34,403 nt of DNA from assembly GCA_044866005.1 (NCBI GenBank), contig JBIOTN010000045.1, positions 1 to 34,403 of the forward strand, written 5' to 3'. Both the position numbers and the translations under genes were made by a program. This DNA comes from Candidatus Rokuibacteriota bacterium (GTDB lineage Bacteria; Methylomirabilota; Methylomirabilia; Rokubacteriales; DASRDR01). The notes under the pieces are model-generated. The model made no database searches and was not told where the DNA came from. It was given only the letters and a program-made list of their open reading frames with translations. Below are positions 25,733-34,403 of the stretch, piece after piece (positions within the stretch are counted from its first letter, which is position 1; the number at the start of each line of letters is the position of its first letter).

Positions 25733-25942
25733 ATGAGTGAGCCTCCGCGATCGCCCCGTACGCGCTCCCCCAAGGTCGGACGTCCCCCCACGCCCCTGGC
25801 CCTCTCGCCCCGGGACCGCCGCCGACGGAAGACCGCGACCGCCGAGCTGCGCAAGGGCGGGACGCTCTTCCAGACCGGCCAGGGACCGCGCGCCCTCACG
25901 GCCGCCAAAGGGCCGAAGCGGGTCAAGCAGAAGAAGGGCTGA
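25733..25942 (+). CDS. Small highly basic hypothetical protein (69 aa)
   Basis: Arg/Lys/Pro-rich; GC3-biased 3' half; directly after a sigma54 motif. Confidence 0.55.
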   Translation: MSEPPRSPRTRSPKVGRPPTPLALSPRDRRRRKTATAELRKGGTLFQTGQGPRALTAAKGPKRVKQKKG

Positions 25943-25984
25943 ACCCGCGGGAGCCGGACGACCGCCCCGTCCTCGGGCGGGGCG

Positions 25985-26485
25985 TCACTCCTGGACGGCC
26001 GGGAAAAGGTCGCGCCCGGGGGCGTGGGCCCTTTTCCAGACCATGATGCTCCGCGTGTAGTCGATGACGACCTTGCCCTCCTGCTGGATCCCGCGGGTGC
26101 GGACCTTGATGATCCCCCACTGCGGCTTCGACCTCGACTCGCGCTTGTCCACCACCTGCGACTCGGAGTAGAGCGTGTCCCCGGCGAAGACCGGATGGGG
26201 CAGCTTGATCTCGTCCCAGCCGAGCGCGAAGCCGTTCTCGCTGGTGTCGGCCACCCCCATCCCCGCCACGATGGCGAGCGTGAGCACGCTGTTGACCAGG
26301 CACTTGCCGAACTCGGTGCGCTTGCCGTACTCGGTGTTGAAGTGGATCTGGTTCGTGTTGTTGGTGAGGAGCGTGAACCAGATGTTGTCGGTCTCGGTCA
26401 CGGTGCGCCCCAGACGACACCGGTAGACGTCGCCGACCGTGAAGTCCTCGAAGTACCGGCCTTCCCATCCCGGCACGACCGCCAT
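25985..26485 (-). CDS. MaoC-family (hot-dog fold) dehydratase
   Basis: GRYFEDFTVG, RTVTETDN, NTNQIH, PVFAGDTL; AAAGGAG RBS. Confidence 0.92.
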   Translation of the reverse strand: MAVVPGWEGRYFEDFTVGDVYRCRLGRTVTETDNIWFTLLTNNTNQIHFNTEYGKRTEFGKCLVNSVLTLAIVAGMGVADTSENGFALGWDEIKLPHPVFAGDTLYSESQVVDKRESRSKPQWGIIKVRTRGIQQEGKVVIDYTRSIMVWKRAHAPGRDLFPAVQE

Positions 26486-26512
26486 GCGTGGCTCCTTTCC
26501 GCGTGTCGCGCG

Positions 26513-27019
26513 TCAGGGCCGCCGCGCGACGAAGTCGATCTCGATCCGGGCGCCGAGCGCGAGCGCGGTCACCCCCACGCACGTCCGCGCCGGCAGCCGG
26601 CCGGGCGCGAAGTAGCCCTCGTAGACGCGGTTCATCCGCTGGTAGTCTTCGTCGAAGCGCGTGAGGAACACGCGCGTGGCGACCACGTGCTCGAGCCCGA
26701 GCCCGAGCCCGGCCAGGACGCGCGTGAGGTTCTCCATCGTCCGGTGCGTCTGGGCCTCGATCCCCTCGGGCAGCGGCGCGCGGTCGTCGTCCGGGTCGTT
26801 CGGGATCTGGCCGGTCAGGAAGACCCAGCGATCGACCTCCACCGCGTGGCTGTACGGGGCGACCGGCTTGGGCGCGTCGGCGAACATGTGGAAGAGGGGC
26901 GTCCCGGCCGCGGGCCGGGCCGCCGGCGGCCGCGCGGCCCCGGCGCGGCTCGAGGGGCGGCCTCGCGCGCGGGCGCGGGCGGAGGCGGGCCGGCCGGTGC
27001 GTCTCGCGCGTGTGCCCAT
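26513..27019 (-). CDS. RidA/YjgF-family protein with Arg/Ala-rich N-terminal extension
   Basis: APYSHAV, LTGQIP, MNRVY, PARTCVGV, IEID; ATG 27019 after GAGGAGG. Confidence 0.88.
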   Translation of the reverse strand: MGTRARRTGRPASARARARGRPSSRAGAARPPAARPAAGTPLFHMFADAPKPVAPYSHAVEVDRWVFLTGQIPNDPDDDRAPLPEGIEAQTHRTMENLTRVLAGLGLGLEHVVATRVFLTRFDEDYQRMNRVYEGYFAPGRLPARTCVGVTALALGARIEIDFVARRP

Positions 27020-27033
27020 GCTCGTCTTCCTCC

Positions 27034-27759
27034 TCACTGGCGAAGCGTCTCGCCCAGGTATGCGGCCCGGACGTCGGGATGCCGCCTGAACTCCTCCGCC
27101 CGACCCGCCAGGGTCACGGCGCCCGTCTGCAGGACGTAGCCCCGGTCCGCGACGGCGAGCGCCATGTTGGCATTCTGCTCGACGAGCAGGATCGTCGTTC
27201 CCAGCTCCCGGATCTCCCGGATCGCCTGGAAGATCCCGCGGACCAGGAGCGGCGCGAGGCCCATCGAGGGCTCGTCGAGCAGCATGAGCCGCGGGCGGGC
27301 CATGAGGCCCCGGGCGACCGCGAGCATCTGCTGCTCGCCCCCCGAGAGCGTGCCGCCGGCCTGGCGCCGGCGCCCGGCGAGATGCGGGAACATGGCCAGC
27401 ACCCGCTCGAGGTCGGCGCGCACGCCGTCCCGGTCGCGGCGCCAACCCGCGGCGAGGTCCAGATTCTCCTGCACCGTGAGGTTGCCGAAGATGATGCGCC
27501 CCTCGGGCACGTGGACGAGGCCCGCGCGCACGAGGGCGTGGGCCGGCACGCCTGAGACGTCCCGACTGCGATAGCGAACGGCGCCCGCCGCGACCGGCAC
27601 GAGGCCGGAGACGGCCCGGAGGGTCGTCGTCTTGCCGGCGCCGTTGGCGCCGATCAGTGTGACGATCTCGCCTTCCTCCACCGTGAACGAGACGCCGCGG
27701 AGCGCCCGCACCGCGCCGTAGCGGACCTCCAGGTCCCGGACCTCGAGGAGCGGGGGCAT
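27034..27759 (-). CDS. livF: Branched-chain amino acid-type ABC transporter ATP-binding protein
   Basis: GANGAGKT, VPEGR, LSGGEQQM, LLDEPSMGLAP, LVEQN. Confidence 0.9.
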   Translation of the reverse strand: MPPLLEVRDLEVRYGAVRALRGVSFTVEEGEIVTLIGANGAGKTTTLRAVSGLVPVAAGAVRYRSRDVSGVPAHALVRAGLVHVPEGRIIFGNLTVQENLDLAAGWRRDRDGVRADLERVLAMFPHLAGRRRQAGGTLSGGEQQMLAVARGLMARPRLMLLDEPSMGLAPLLVRGIFQAIREIRELGTTILLVEQNANMALAVADRGYVLQTGAVTLAGRAEEFRRHPDVRAAYLGETLRQ

Positions 27760-27767
27760 CGAACCGC

Positions 27768-28532
27768 TCAGGGGGCCTGGGGCTCGCCCAGGTACGCCTC
27801 GAGCACCCGCGGGTCCTGCTGGATCTCCCGCGGGTCCCCCTCGGCGATCTTCACGCCGAAATCCAGCACCGCGATCCGTTCGCAGATGCCCATGACCATC
27901 TCCATGTGGTGCTCGATCAGCACGATGGTCAGCCCGAAGCGCTCGCGGATCCGGGGGATCAGCCGCATGATCTCGCCGACCTCCGCCGGGTTCATCCCCG
28001 CGGCGGGCTCGTCCAGCAGCAGCACGCGCGGGCGCGTCGCCAGCGCCCGCGCGATCTCGAGCCGGCGCTGCTCGCCGTAGGGCAAGGCGCCGGCCCGCTC
28101 GCCGCGGCGCCCGTAGAGGCCGAGGACGGCCAGGAGCTCCGCGGCCTCCTCGGTGATCCGGCGCTCCGCCCGGCCGAAGCGCCGGGTCCGGACGACGGCG
28201 TCCCACATCCCGTAGCCGCGCTGGCGGTGCGCGGCCACCTCCACGTTCTCGAGCACGCTGAGCTCGCCGAAGAGGCGGATCGTCTGGAACGTCCGCGAGA
28301 CGCCGCGCGCGGCGATCTCGTGGGGGGCGAGCCCCACCAGCGCCTCGCCTTCCAGCGTGACGGTCCCGCCGGTCGGCGGGTAGATCCCCGAGACCACGTT
28401 GAAGACGGTCGTCTTCCCGGCGCCGTTCGGCCCGATGAGGCCGACCAGCGCCCCCGTCTCGACGGCGAGGTCGAGGTCCCTGAGGGCGACGAGGCCCTCA
28501 AAGAGCATGCTGAGGCTTCTGATCTCCAGCAT
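27768..28532 (-). CDS. livG: Branched-chain amino acid-type ABC transporter ATP-binding protein
   Basis: GPNGAGKT, RTFQ, LPYGEQRRLE, LLDEPAAG, IEHHM. Confidence 0.9.
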   Translation of the reverse strand: MLEIRSLSMLFEGLVALRDLDLAVETGALVGLIGPNGAGKTTVFNVVSGIYPPTGGTVTLEGEALVGLAPHEIAARGVSRTFQTIRLFGELSVLENVEVAAHRQRGYGMWDAVVRTRRFGRAERRITEEAAELLAVLGLYGRRGERAGALPYGEQRRLEIARALATRPRVLLLDEPAAGMNPAEVGEIMRLIPRIRERFGLTIVLIEHHMEMVMGICERIAVLDFGVKIAEGDPREIQQDPRVLEAYLGEPQAP

Positions 28533-29631
28533 CCGCGATCTCGGGCAGGGCGCGGCGCGGGGCCGCCAGGAACGGGAACTCCCGGTCACCCATGAGGCCG
28601 GACGGCCACCAGAGCATGAGCCCGATCAGGAGGAGCGGGTAGACCACCAGCCGCCACTGCTCGAACCCCGCCACCCGGAGGACCTCGGGTAGCATCGTCA
28701 GCGCGGTCGCCGACACGAGCGAGCCCGACAGGCTCCCCATGCCGCCCGCGTAGAGAAAGATGAGGTAGTCGATGGACTTGAGGAAGCTGAAGTTGTCCGG
28801 GTGCAGGAAGCGGATGACGAAGGCGAAGAGCCCGCCGCCCACGCCGGCGAGGAAGCCGCTCCAGGCGAAGGCGAGCACCTTGGCCTGCGTGCTGTCCACG
28901 CCCACGACCTCGGCCGCGACCTCGTTGCCTCGCACGCTGAGCCAGGCCCGCCCGTAGGAGGAGTAGACGAGGTTCCGGGCCACGACGAGCGCGACGACCG
29001 CGACGGCGAACACCAGGGTGAACAGCACCGGGATCCGCACGTGGCCGACCGCCACGCTGTCGAACTTCGGAAAGCCCCCGAAGCCACGCGGTCCCCCGAT
29101 CCCCTCGATGGCGCCGACCAGCCCGGCGAGGCCCCAGCCCCCCAGCGTCGCGGCGATCTCGTCGGACGCGCGGATCACGGAGCGGACCACCTCGCCGAAG
29201 GCGAGCGTCACGATGGCCAGGTAGTCGCCCTTGAGGCGGAGCGACGGCAGGCCGATCAGGTAGCCGACGGCGCCCGCCACGGCGCCGGCCACGAGGAGGA
29301 TCCCGAGGAAGGCCGGGATCTGCAGCCCCACCGGCCAGGCCTCGAGCGGGACCACGAACTTCGCGAGCATGGCGGTGAGGTAGGCCCCGATGGCCATGAA
29401 GCCGGCCTGACCGATGGAGAACTGCCCGGTGAAGCCGTTGATCAGGTTGAGCCCGATCGTCACGATGACGTTGATCCCCGCGAGCATCAGGATCTGCAGG
29501 TAGTAATCGGTGAACCAGGCGACGCCGCCCCCCACGTCGCCGTGGAGGGCCAGCACGGCGACGTAGACGCCCGCCGCCCCGACCAGGGCCGCGCGACCGG
29601 TCACCGCCGGGATGCGACGGTCCTCGGCCAC
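28498..29631 (-). CDS. livM: Branched-chain amino acid-type ABC transporter permease
   Basis: GLNLINGFTGQFSIGQAGF, LRLKGDYLAIVTLAFGE, GGMGS. Start taken as GTG 29631; the track start is 29646. Confidence 0.9.
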   Translation of the reverse strand: MAEDRRIPAVTGRAALVGAAGVYVAVLALHGDVGGGVAWFTDYYLQILMLAGINVIVTIGLNLINGFTGQFSIGQAGFMAIGAYLTAMLAKFVVPLEAWPVGLQIPAFLGILLVAGAVAGAVGYLIGLPSLRLKGDYLAIVTLAFGEVVRSVIRASDEIAATLGGWGLAGLVGAIEGIGGPRGFGGFPKFDSVAVGHVRIPVLFTLVFAVAVVALVVARNLVYSSYGRAWLSVRGNEVAAEVVGVDSTQAKVLAFAWSGFLAGVGGGLFAFVIRFLHPDNFSFLKSIDYLIFLYAGGMGSLSGSLVSATALTMLPEVLRVAGFEQWRLVVYPLLLIGLMLWWPSGLMGDREFPFLAAPRRALPEIADAGDQKPQHAL

Positions 29632-29632
29632 G

Positions 29633-30664
29633 TCACACCTTCTCACGCTGAAGGCGGCCCAGCAGCCCGGCGGGCCGGAACAGGAGGACGACGATCAGGA
29701 TGAGGAAGGAGGTCATGTAGCCGAGGTTCGAGTTGATCGAGGTGGCGAAGGTCTCCGAGACGCCCATGAGGAACCCGCCGAGGACCGCACCCGGGATGAT
29801 GCCGATGCCGCCGAGCACCGCCGCGATGAAGGCCTGGAGGCCCGGGAAGATGCCGAAGTAGGGCGAGGCCAGGATCCCGTACGTCAGCCCGTACATGAGG
29901 CCCGAGGCGGCGCCGAGCGCGCTCCCGATGGCGAAGGTCACCGCGATCGTCCGGTCGACGTCGATGCCCATGAGCTTCGCCCCGTCCTTGCTGAAGGCCA
30001 CGGCGCGCATCGCCTTGCCCGTGACGGTCCGGCGGATGACGTGGTCGAGCACGAGCATCAGGACGATCGCCACGACCAGGTCGAGGACGTGCATGGTCGT
30101 GAAGTAAACGGCCCCCACGGCGTAGTACTGGATCGGCACGAGCTCCGGGAACCGGATGTAGTTCGGCCCGAAGACCAGCCGGTCCAGGGGGAAGGGCACC
30201 GCGTGGGGCGGGAGCGCGAGGAAGTTCTCCAGGAAGAGCGACACGCCCATGGCCGTGGTCAGCGCGGAGAATCGGGGCCGGTAGCGGAGCGGCCGGTAGG
30301 CGACGCGCTCGATGAGCACGCCCAGGCCCGCGGTGACCAGCATGCTCGCGGCCATGGCGAGAAGGAACGCCAGCCAGTGGCCGCGTCCGAGGAGGGCCCC
30401 GCCCGTGAACGCGGCGATGTAGGCCCCGAACATGAAGATGTCGCCGTGCGCGAAGTTGATGAGCTGGATGACGCCGTAGACCATGGTGAAGCCCAGGGCG
30501 ATCAGCGCGTAGATGCTCCCGCGCTGGAGCCCGTTGATGAGCTGCTGGACGAAGACGGTCGCGCTGTACTGGGAGACGTACCACCAGGCGAAGAGGACGA
30601 GGGCGCCGCCGAGCGCCCCGCCCCAGGCCACGCTCGAACGGCGGGCGCCCCTGATGACCGCCAT
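29633..30664 (-). CDS. livH: Branched-chain amino acid-type ABC transporter permease
   Basis: GSIYALIALGFTMVYG, INFAHGD, ERVAYRPLR, AFIAAVLGGIG. Confidence 0.92.
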   Translation of the reverse strand: MAVIRGARRSSVAWGGALGGALVLFAWWYVSQYSATVFVQQLINGLQRGSIYALIALGFTMVYGVIQLINFAHGDIFMFGAYIAAFTGGALLGRGHWLAFLLAMAASMLVTAGLGVLIERVAYRPLRYRPRFSALTTAMGVSLFLENFLALPPHAVPFPLDRLVFGPNYIRFPELVPIQYYAVGAVYFTTMHVLDLVVAIVLMLVLDHVIRRTVTGKAMRAVAFSKDGAKLMGIDVDRTIAVTFAIGSALGAASGLMYGLTYGILASPYFGIFPGLQAFIAAVLGGIGIIPGAVLGGFLMGVSETFATSINSNLGYMTSFLILIVVLLFRPAGLLGRLQREKV

Positions 30665-30748
30665 GGGGCCTCGCGTGCGCGCGGTCAGCGCCCCGGCCCC
30701 ACGGGGGGCCGGGGCGGGCTCGGAACCGGGTGACGCGTCAGGGGCGCG

Positions 30749-31924
30749 TCAGGGCCGGATGTTCGCGGGCAGATCCTGGGGCGAGACGCGCGAGACGAAG
30801 GCCTGCTTGCCCTCCTTGATCCGGAGGATCACCGCGGGCTTCGTCGGGTTGCGGTTCTGATCGTAGGTGATCACGCCGGCGACGGTCTTGAGGTCCTTGG
30901 TCTTCGCCAGCGCCTCGCGGATGGCCGGCCCATCGACCTTCCCCGCCCGCTTCATCGCGTCGAAGAGGATCTGGGCCGCACCGTACCCCTGCGCGGCGTA
31001 CGCGTCGGGCGTGTCCTTGTACTTGGCCCGGTAGGCCTTGATGAACTGCTGGACCTCCGGGCTCGGGTCGTCCTGGGAGTAGAAGTTCGTGAAGTGCAGC
31101 CCCTCCACGGCCGCCCCCCCGATCCGGACGAGGTCCGGCGAGTCGAACCCGTCCCCGCCCATGAAGGGGACCTTGAGCCCGATCTCCTGCGACTGCTTGG
31201 CCATGAGCGCGGCCGCGCCGTAGTAGTCGCTCGAGTAGAGGACGTCCGGGTTGGCGGCCTTGATCCGGATGAGCTGGGGGCGGAAGTCGACCGTCTTCTC
31301 CTCGTCCGTGAACGACTCGAAGGCCACCACCTTGCCCCCGAGCTTCTCGAAGGCGTCCTTGAAGTACGTGGCGAGGCCCTTCGCGTAGTCGTTCCCGTTG
31401 TCGAAGAGCACGCCGGCCTTGCGCTTGCCGAGCGTCTTGTAGACGAAGTGCGCCCCCACCGCGCCCTGGAAGGTGTCGATGAACCCGGCGCGGAAGATGT
31501 AGTCCCCGACGAGGGTGACCTTGGGGTTCGTACACGTCGGGGTGAGCATGGGGACCCGGTTCTCCTGCGCGATCGGCCCCACCGCCAGGCAGACCTTCGT
31601 GTTGGTGGGCCCGAGGATCGCGGCGACCTTGTCCTGCTGGGTGAGCTTGCGCGCGACGGTGGCGCCGACCTCGGGCGAGTTCTGCTCGTCTTCGAAGATC
31701 AGCTCGACCTGGTAGGCTTTGCCGCCGATCTTGAGCCCGCCGGCCTTGTTGACCTCCTCGACCGCGAGCTGGTAGGCGTTCCGCTGCCCCACCCCGAAGG
31801 TGGCCACGTTCCCCGTGGTGGGCGCCAGCCCGCCGACCTTGATCACGTCGGCGGCCAGGGCCACGGCGGGGCCGGCCAGCAGCCATGCGAGGGTCCACGC
31901 CACGATCGTGCGTACGCCTGTCAT
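30749..31924 (-). CDS. Branched-chain amino acid-type ABC substrate-binding protein (LivJ/LivK family)
   Basis: Signal peptide; IKVG..APTTG, EEVNKAGG, YIFR, DYAKGL, GDG. Confidence 0.9.
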   Translation of the reverse strand: MTGVRTIVAWTLAWLLAGPAVALAADVIKVGGLAPTTGNVATFGVGQRNAYQLAVEEVNKAGGLKIGGKAYQVELIFEDEQNSPEVGATVARKLTQQDKVAAILGPTNTKVCLAVGPIAQENRVPMLTPTCTNPKVTLVGDYIFRAGFIDTFQGAVGAHFVYKTLGKRKAGVLFDNGNDYAKGLATYFKDAFEKLGGKVVAFESFTDEEKTVDFRPQLIRIKAANPDVLYSSDYYGAAALMAKQSQEIGLKVPFMGGDGFDSPDLVRIGGAAVEGLHFTNFYSQDDPSPEVQQFIKAYRAKYKDTPDAYAAQGYGAAQILFDAMKRAGKVDGPAIREALAKTKDLKTVAGVITYDQNRNPTKPAVILRIKEGKQAFVSRVSPQDLPANIRP

Positions 31925-32038
31925 GCCCGGCTCCTCCTCTGGTGGGGCGTTGGCGCCGCTGCCATCCGCCGCGGTCGCATCGTCGGCGCGCGCGGCAGGC
32001 GTCGCTCGGGCCGTCGCCCCGGGACCGCACGCAGGCGC

Positions 32039-32067
32039 ACTACAGCACCTCGGCGGCGGCCCGTCAA
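32039..32067 (-). promoter_or_regulatory. Putative sigma70 promoter of the liv-ridA-maoC operon
   Basis: Minus strand TTGACG-N17-TGTAGT with a TGn extension. Confidence 0.45.
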
Positions 32068-32142
32068 GCCCGTCGCCGGCCCGGGGACGGCCGCTCCGGT
32101 ACGAGACGGCTCACGGCCGGGGACTCCGCAGGGGCCGCTGGC

Positions 32143-32880
32143 CTACACGGCCAGTCCGGCGGCGTCGGCGTGGGCGCGGGCGGCGGCGAGCTTGGCCGCC
32201 GTCCCGATGTCGGCCCAGTATCGGCCGTTCGCCCGGAAGGCCTGGATCCGCTCCCCTTCGGACGCCAGCCGCAGGTAGCTCCGGGTGATGGGGAAGGCGC
32301 CCTCCTCCCGGAGCCTCGGAAAGATCGCGGGCGAGATGACGTGGATGCCGGTGAAGGCGAGCGGCACCGCCGTCTCGTCGGGCGGGCCGACCCACCGCGT
32401 CTCGGGCGGCGCCGCGGAGCGCCAGCCCCGCAGGGTGCCATCCGATCCGAAGAGCAGGCTGCGGGAGCTCTTCCGCTCCTGCACGGCGAGGGTGGCGAGG
32501 GCGGGATGCCTGTCGTGGAAGCGCCGAAGCTCGGCCAGGTCCATATCGGTCAGCACGTCCACGTTGTGGAGGAAGAAGGGACGGTCGTCGTCGAAGAACC
32601 AGGACGCCTGCTTGAGCCCGCCGCCGGTGTCCAGCAGCTCCTCTTCGCGCGACAGCTCGACGCGGATCCCGAAGTTTCCTCGTCCCTGGAGGAATCCGGC
32701 GATCCGCTCGGCCTGGTGAAAGACGTTGACGATGACCTCCCGGACGCCCACCGCCGCGAGCCGGCGGATGACGATCTCGAGCATGGGCATCCCGCCGACC
32801 TCGACCAGCGCCTTGGGGCAGCGGTCCGTCAGCGGCCGCAACCGGCTGCCGATGCCGGCGGCGAGGATCATGGCCTTCAC
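32143..32880 (-). CDS. Sugar-phosphate nucleotidyltransferase, MurU-like
   Basis: MKAMILAAGIGSRLRPLTD..PKAL, LDTGGG, HNVD, FTGIH, WADIGT; coupled to the upstream kinase. Confidence 0.88.
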   Translation of the reverse strand: MKAMILAAGIGSRLRPLTDRCPKALVEVGGMPMLEIVIRRLAAVGVREVIVNVFHQAERIAGFLQGRGNFGIRVELSREEELLDTGGGLKQASWFFDDDRPFFLHNVDVLTDMDLAELRRFHDRHPALATLAVQERKSSRSLLFGSDGTLRGWRSAAPPETRWVGPPDETAVPLAFTGIHVISPAIFPRLREEGAFPITRSYLRLASEGERIQAFRANGRYWADIGTAAKLAAARAHADAAGLAV

Positions 32881-34322
32881 GCAGGCCCGCTCCCGTCCGC
32901 CCGCTCCGCCTCCAGATGCCTGACCTCGACATCCACGTCGTACCGTTCACGCAGGTGGCGGGCGAGCTGCTCGGCGCAGTAGATCGAGCGGTGCCGGCCG
33001 CCCGTACAGCCGAAGGCGACGAGCAGATCCGTGAAGTTGCGGCTCTGATAGTTCTCGACCGCCTGATCGATCAGCCCGTAGACGTGCGACAGGAAGCTCT
33101 GGATCCCGGGCTCCTTCTCCAGGAACGCGATGACGTCCGCGTGGCGGCCGTCCAATCGCGAAAAGCGCTCGAACCTTCCCGGGTTGGGCAAGGCCCGGCA
33201 ATCGAAGACGTAGCCCCCGCCGTGCCCCTTCTCGTCGGTCGGGACTCGGGTGCGGTACGAGAAGCTCTGCACCCGCACCGTGAGCTTGAGGGAGGCGCCG
33301 CCGAACTGTCTCAGGGCGGAGGAGGCGACGAGTCGGCCGAAGACTCCGGTCAGCTCGGGCAGCTCGACCGGCAGCTCGGCGGTGCGCGAGAGATACTCCA
33401 GGTTGCGGATCGCGTACGGGATGCTCTGGAGAAAGTGGCTCTTGCCCTCGTAGAACCCCCGCAAACCGTAGGCGCCGAGCGCCTGCATGATCCGGATATA
33501 GACGAAGGCCACGTAATACGTCAGGAAGGCGTCTCGGTCCAGGGGGACGAGCGCGCCGGCGGTGTCGAGGTAGAGGTCGAGGAGCTCTTGCCGGAGGTCG
33601 GGCGGCAGGTCGGCTTTCGCGTCGAAGAGGAGCGAGGCGATGTCGTACTGGAGGGCGCCGCGGCGGCCGCCCTGGTAGTCGATGAACCAGGGACTGCCTC
33701 CCTTGACCATGACGTTGCGCGACTGAAAATCGCGGTAGAGAAAGTAGTCGCGCGGCGCTTCGAGAATGAAATTGGTGAACCGTTCGAAATCATCCTCCAG
33801 GGCCTGCTCGTTGAACGGGACCTTGGCGAGCCTGAGAAAGTAGTATTTGAAGTAGTTGAGGTCCCACATCATGGACTGCCGGTCGAAGCTCGCGCGGGGG
33901 TAGCACAGCCCGTAATCCAGGCTGCGGTGGGCGACGATCTGGAAGCTCGGCAGGACGCGGACCGTTTGCCGGTAGAGGTCGACGACCGGGGAGGCCAGCT
34001 GGCCGCGCGACCGATGGGCGGACAGGAACTCGAAGAGCGTGGTGTCGCCCAGGTCCTCTTCCAGGTAGACCCCCCGGGCCGGGTCTTCGGCGTAGATCTC
34101 GGGGACGGACAGACCGAGGGCCCGGAACTGCCGCGAAAAGCCCAGGAAGGCGCTGTTTTCGCGGGCGTCGGGCCCATGCACCCCGATGGCGGTGCTGCCC
34201 TCGCCCGACAACCGGAAGAGCTGGCGTGCCGACCCGTCGCTCTTGAGCGCGGCGAGCGACCGGACCGGTTCCTGGAACCAACCTTCGAAGAGCCTGACGA
34301 GCGCCTCTTGGACTCTCTCCAC
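32877..34322 (-). CDS. AmgK/APH-like phosphotransferase fused to a RapZ C-terminal domain
   Basis: GSARQLFR, EDLGD, YRDFQSRN, IDYQG (APH fold), then VQSFSY, VFDCRALPNP and GCTGGRHRS (RapZ C-terminal motifs). Confidence 0.88.
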   Translation of the reverse strand: MERVQEALVRLFEGWFQEPVRSLAALKSDGSARQLFRLSGEGSTAIGVHGPDARENSAFLGFSRQFRALGLSVPEIYAEDPARGVYLEEDLGDTTLFEFLSAHRSRGQLASPVVDLYRQTVRVLPSFQIVAHRSLDYGLCYPRASFDRQSMMWDLNYFKYYFLRLAKVPFNEQALEDDFERFTNFILEAPRDYFLYRDFQSRNVMVKGGSPWFIDYQGGRRGALQYDIASLLFDAKADLPPDLRQELLDLYLDTAGALVPLDRDAFLTYYVAFVYIRIMQALGAYGLRGFYEGKSHFLQSIPYAIRNLEYLSRTAELPVELPELTGVFGRLVASSALRQFGGASLKLTVRVQSFSYRTRVPTDEKGHGGGYVFDCRALPNPGRFERFSRLDGRHADVIAFLEKEPGIQSFLSHVYGLIDQAVENYQSRNFTDLLVAFGCTGGRHRSIYCAEQLARHLRERYDVDVEVRHLEAERADGSGPA

Positions 34323-34403
34323 CGGCGTCTATTGTCTATCAGAACTCGCCGACCGGCGAGAGCTCCCATGCCGGCCCGCAGGTGAAAACCCGCAGCGGGG
34401 CGC

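Overview
A very GC-rich bacterial window. Gene style suggests Candidatus Rokubacteria/Methylomirabilota (inference only). Left to right it contains: (1) 1-8576, minus strand: a translationally coupled operon with two SIS-domain proteins, two tandem Tat-exported substrate-binding paralogues, two PfkB kinases and a PotABC-like ABC transporter, resembling an Amadori-compound/amino-sugar uptake-phosphorylation-deglycation system. (2) An orphan ABC substrate-binding gene. (3) A Cys-less hydantoin-racemase homologue divergent from an amidohydrolase-thiolase-FadJ unit. (4) A stress-type cluster (Zn-ADH, SRPBCC, SDR, hemerythrin) followed by many small ORFs; seven sigma54-like GG-N10-GC motifs between 19.1 and 25.7 kb each sit directly upstream of an ORF. 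(5) tRNA-Val(TAC) carrying a decayed ~1.15 kb element inserted with duplication of the tRNA 5' half. The element holds a ParE/ParD-like toxin-antitoxin pair and an integrase tail that encodes the tRNA promoter and stops inside the tRNA. A second integrase relic lies about 1.5 kb away. (6) A LIV-type ABC transporter with RidA and MaoC genes. (7) A MurU-like nucleotidyltransferase and an AmgK-like kinase fused to a RapZ C-terminal domain. Start codons were re-picked by eye from RBSs and stop/start overlaps; no database searches were run.
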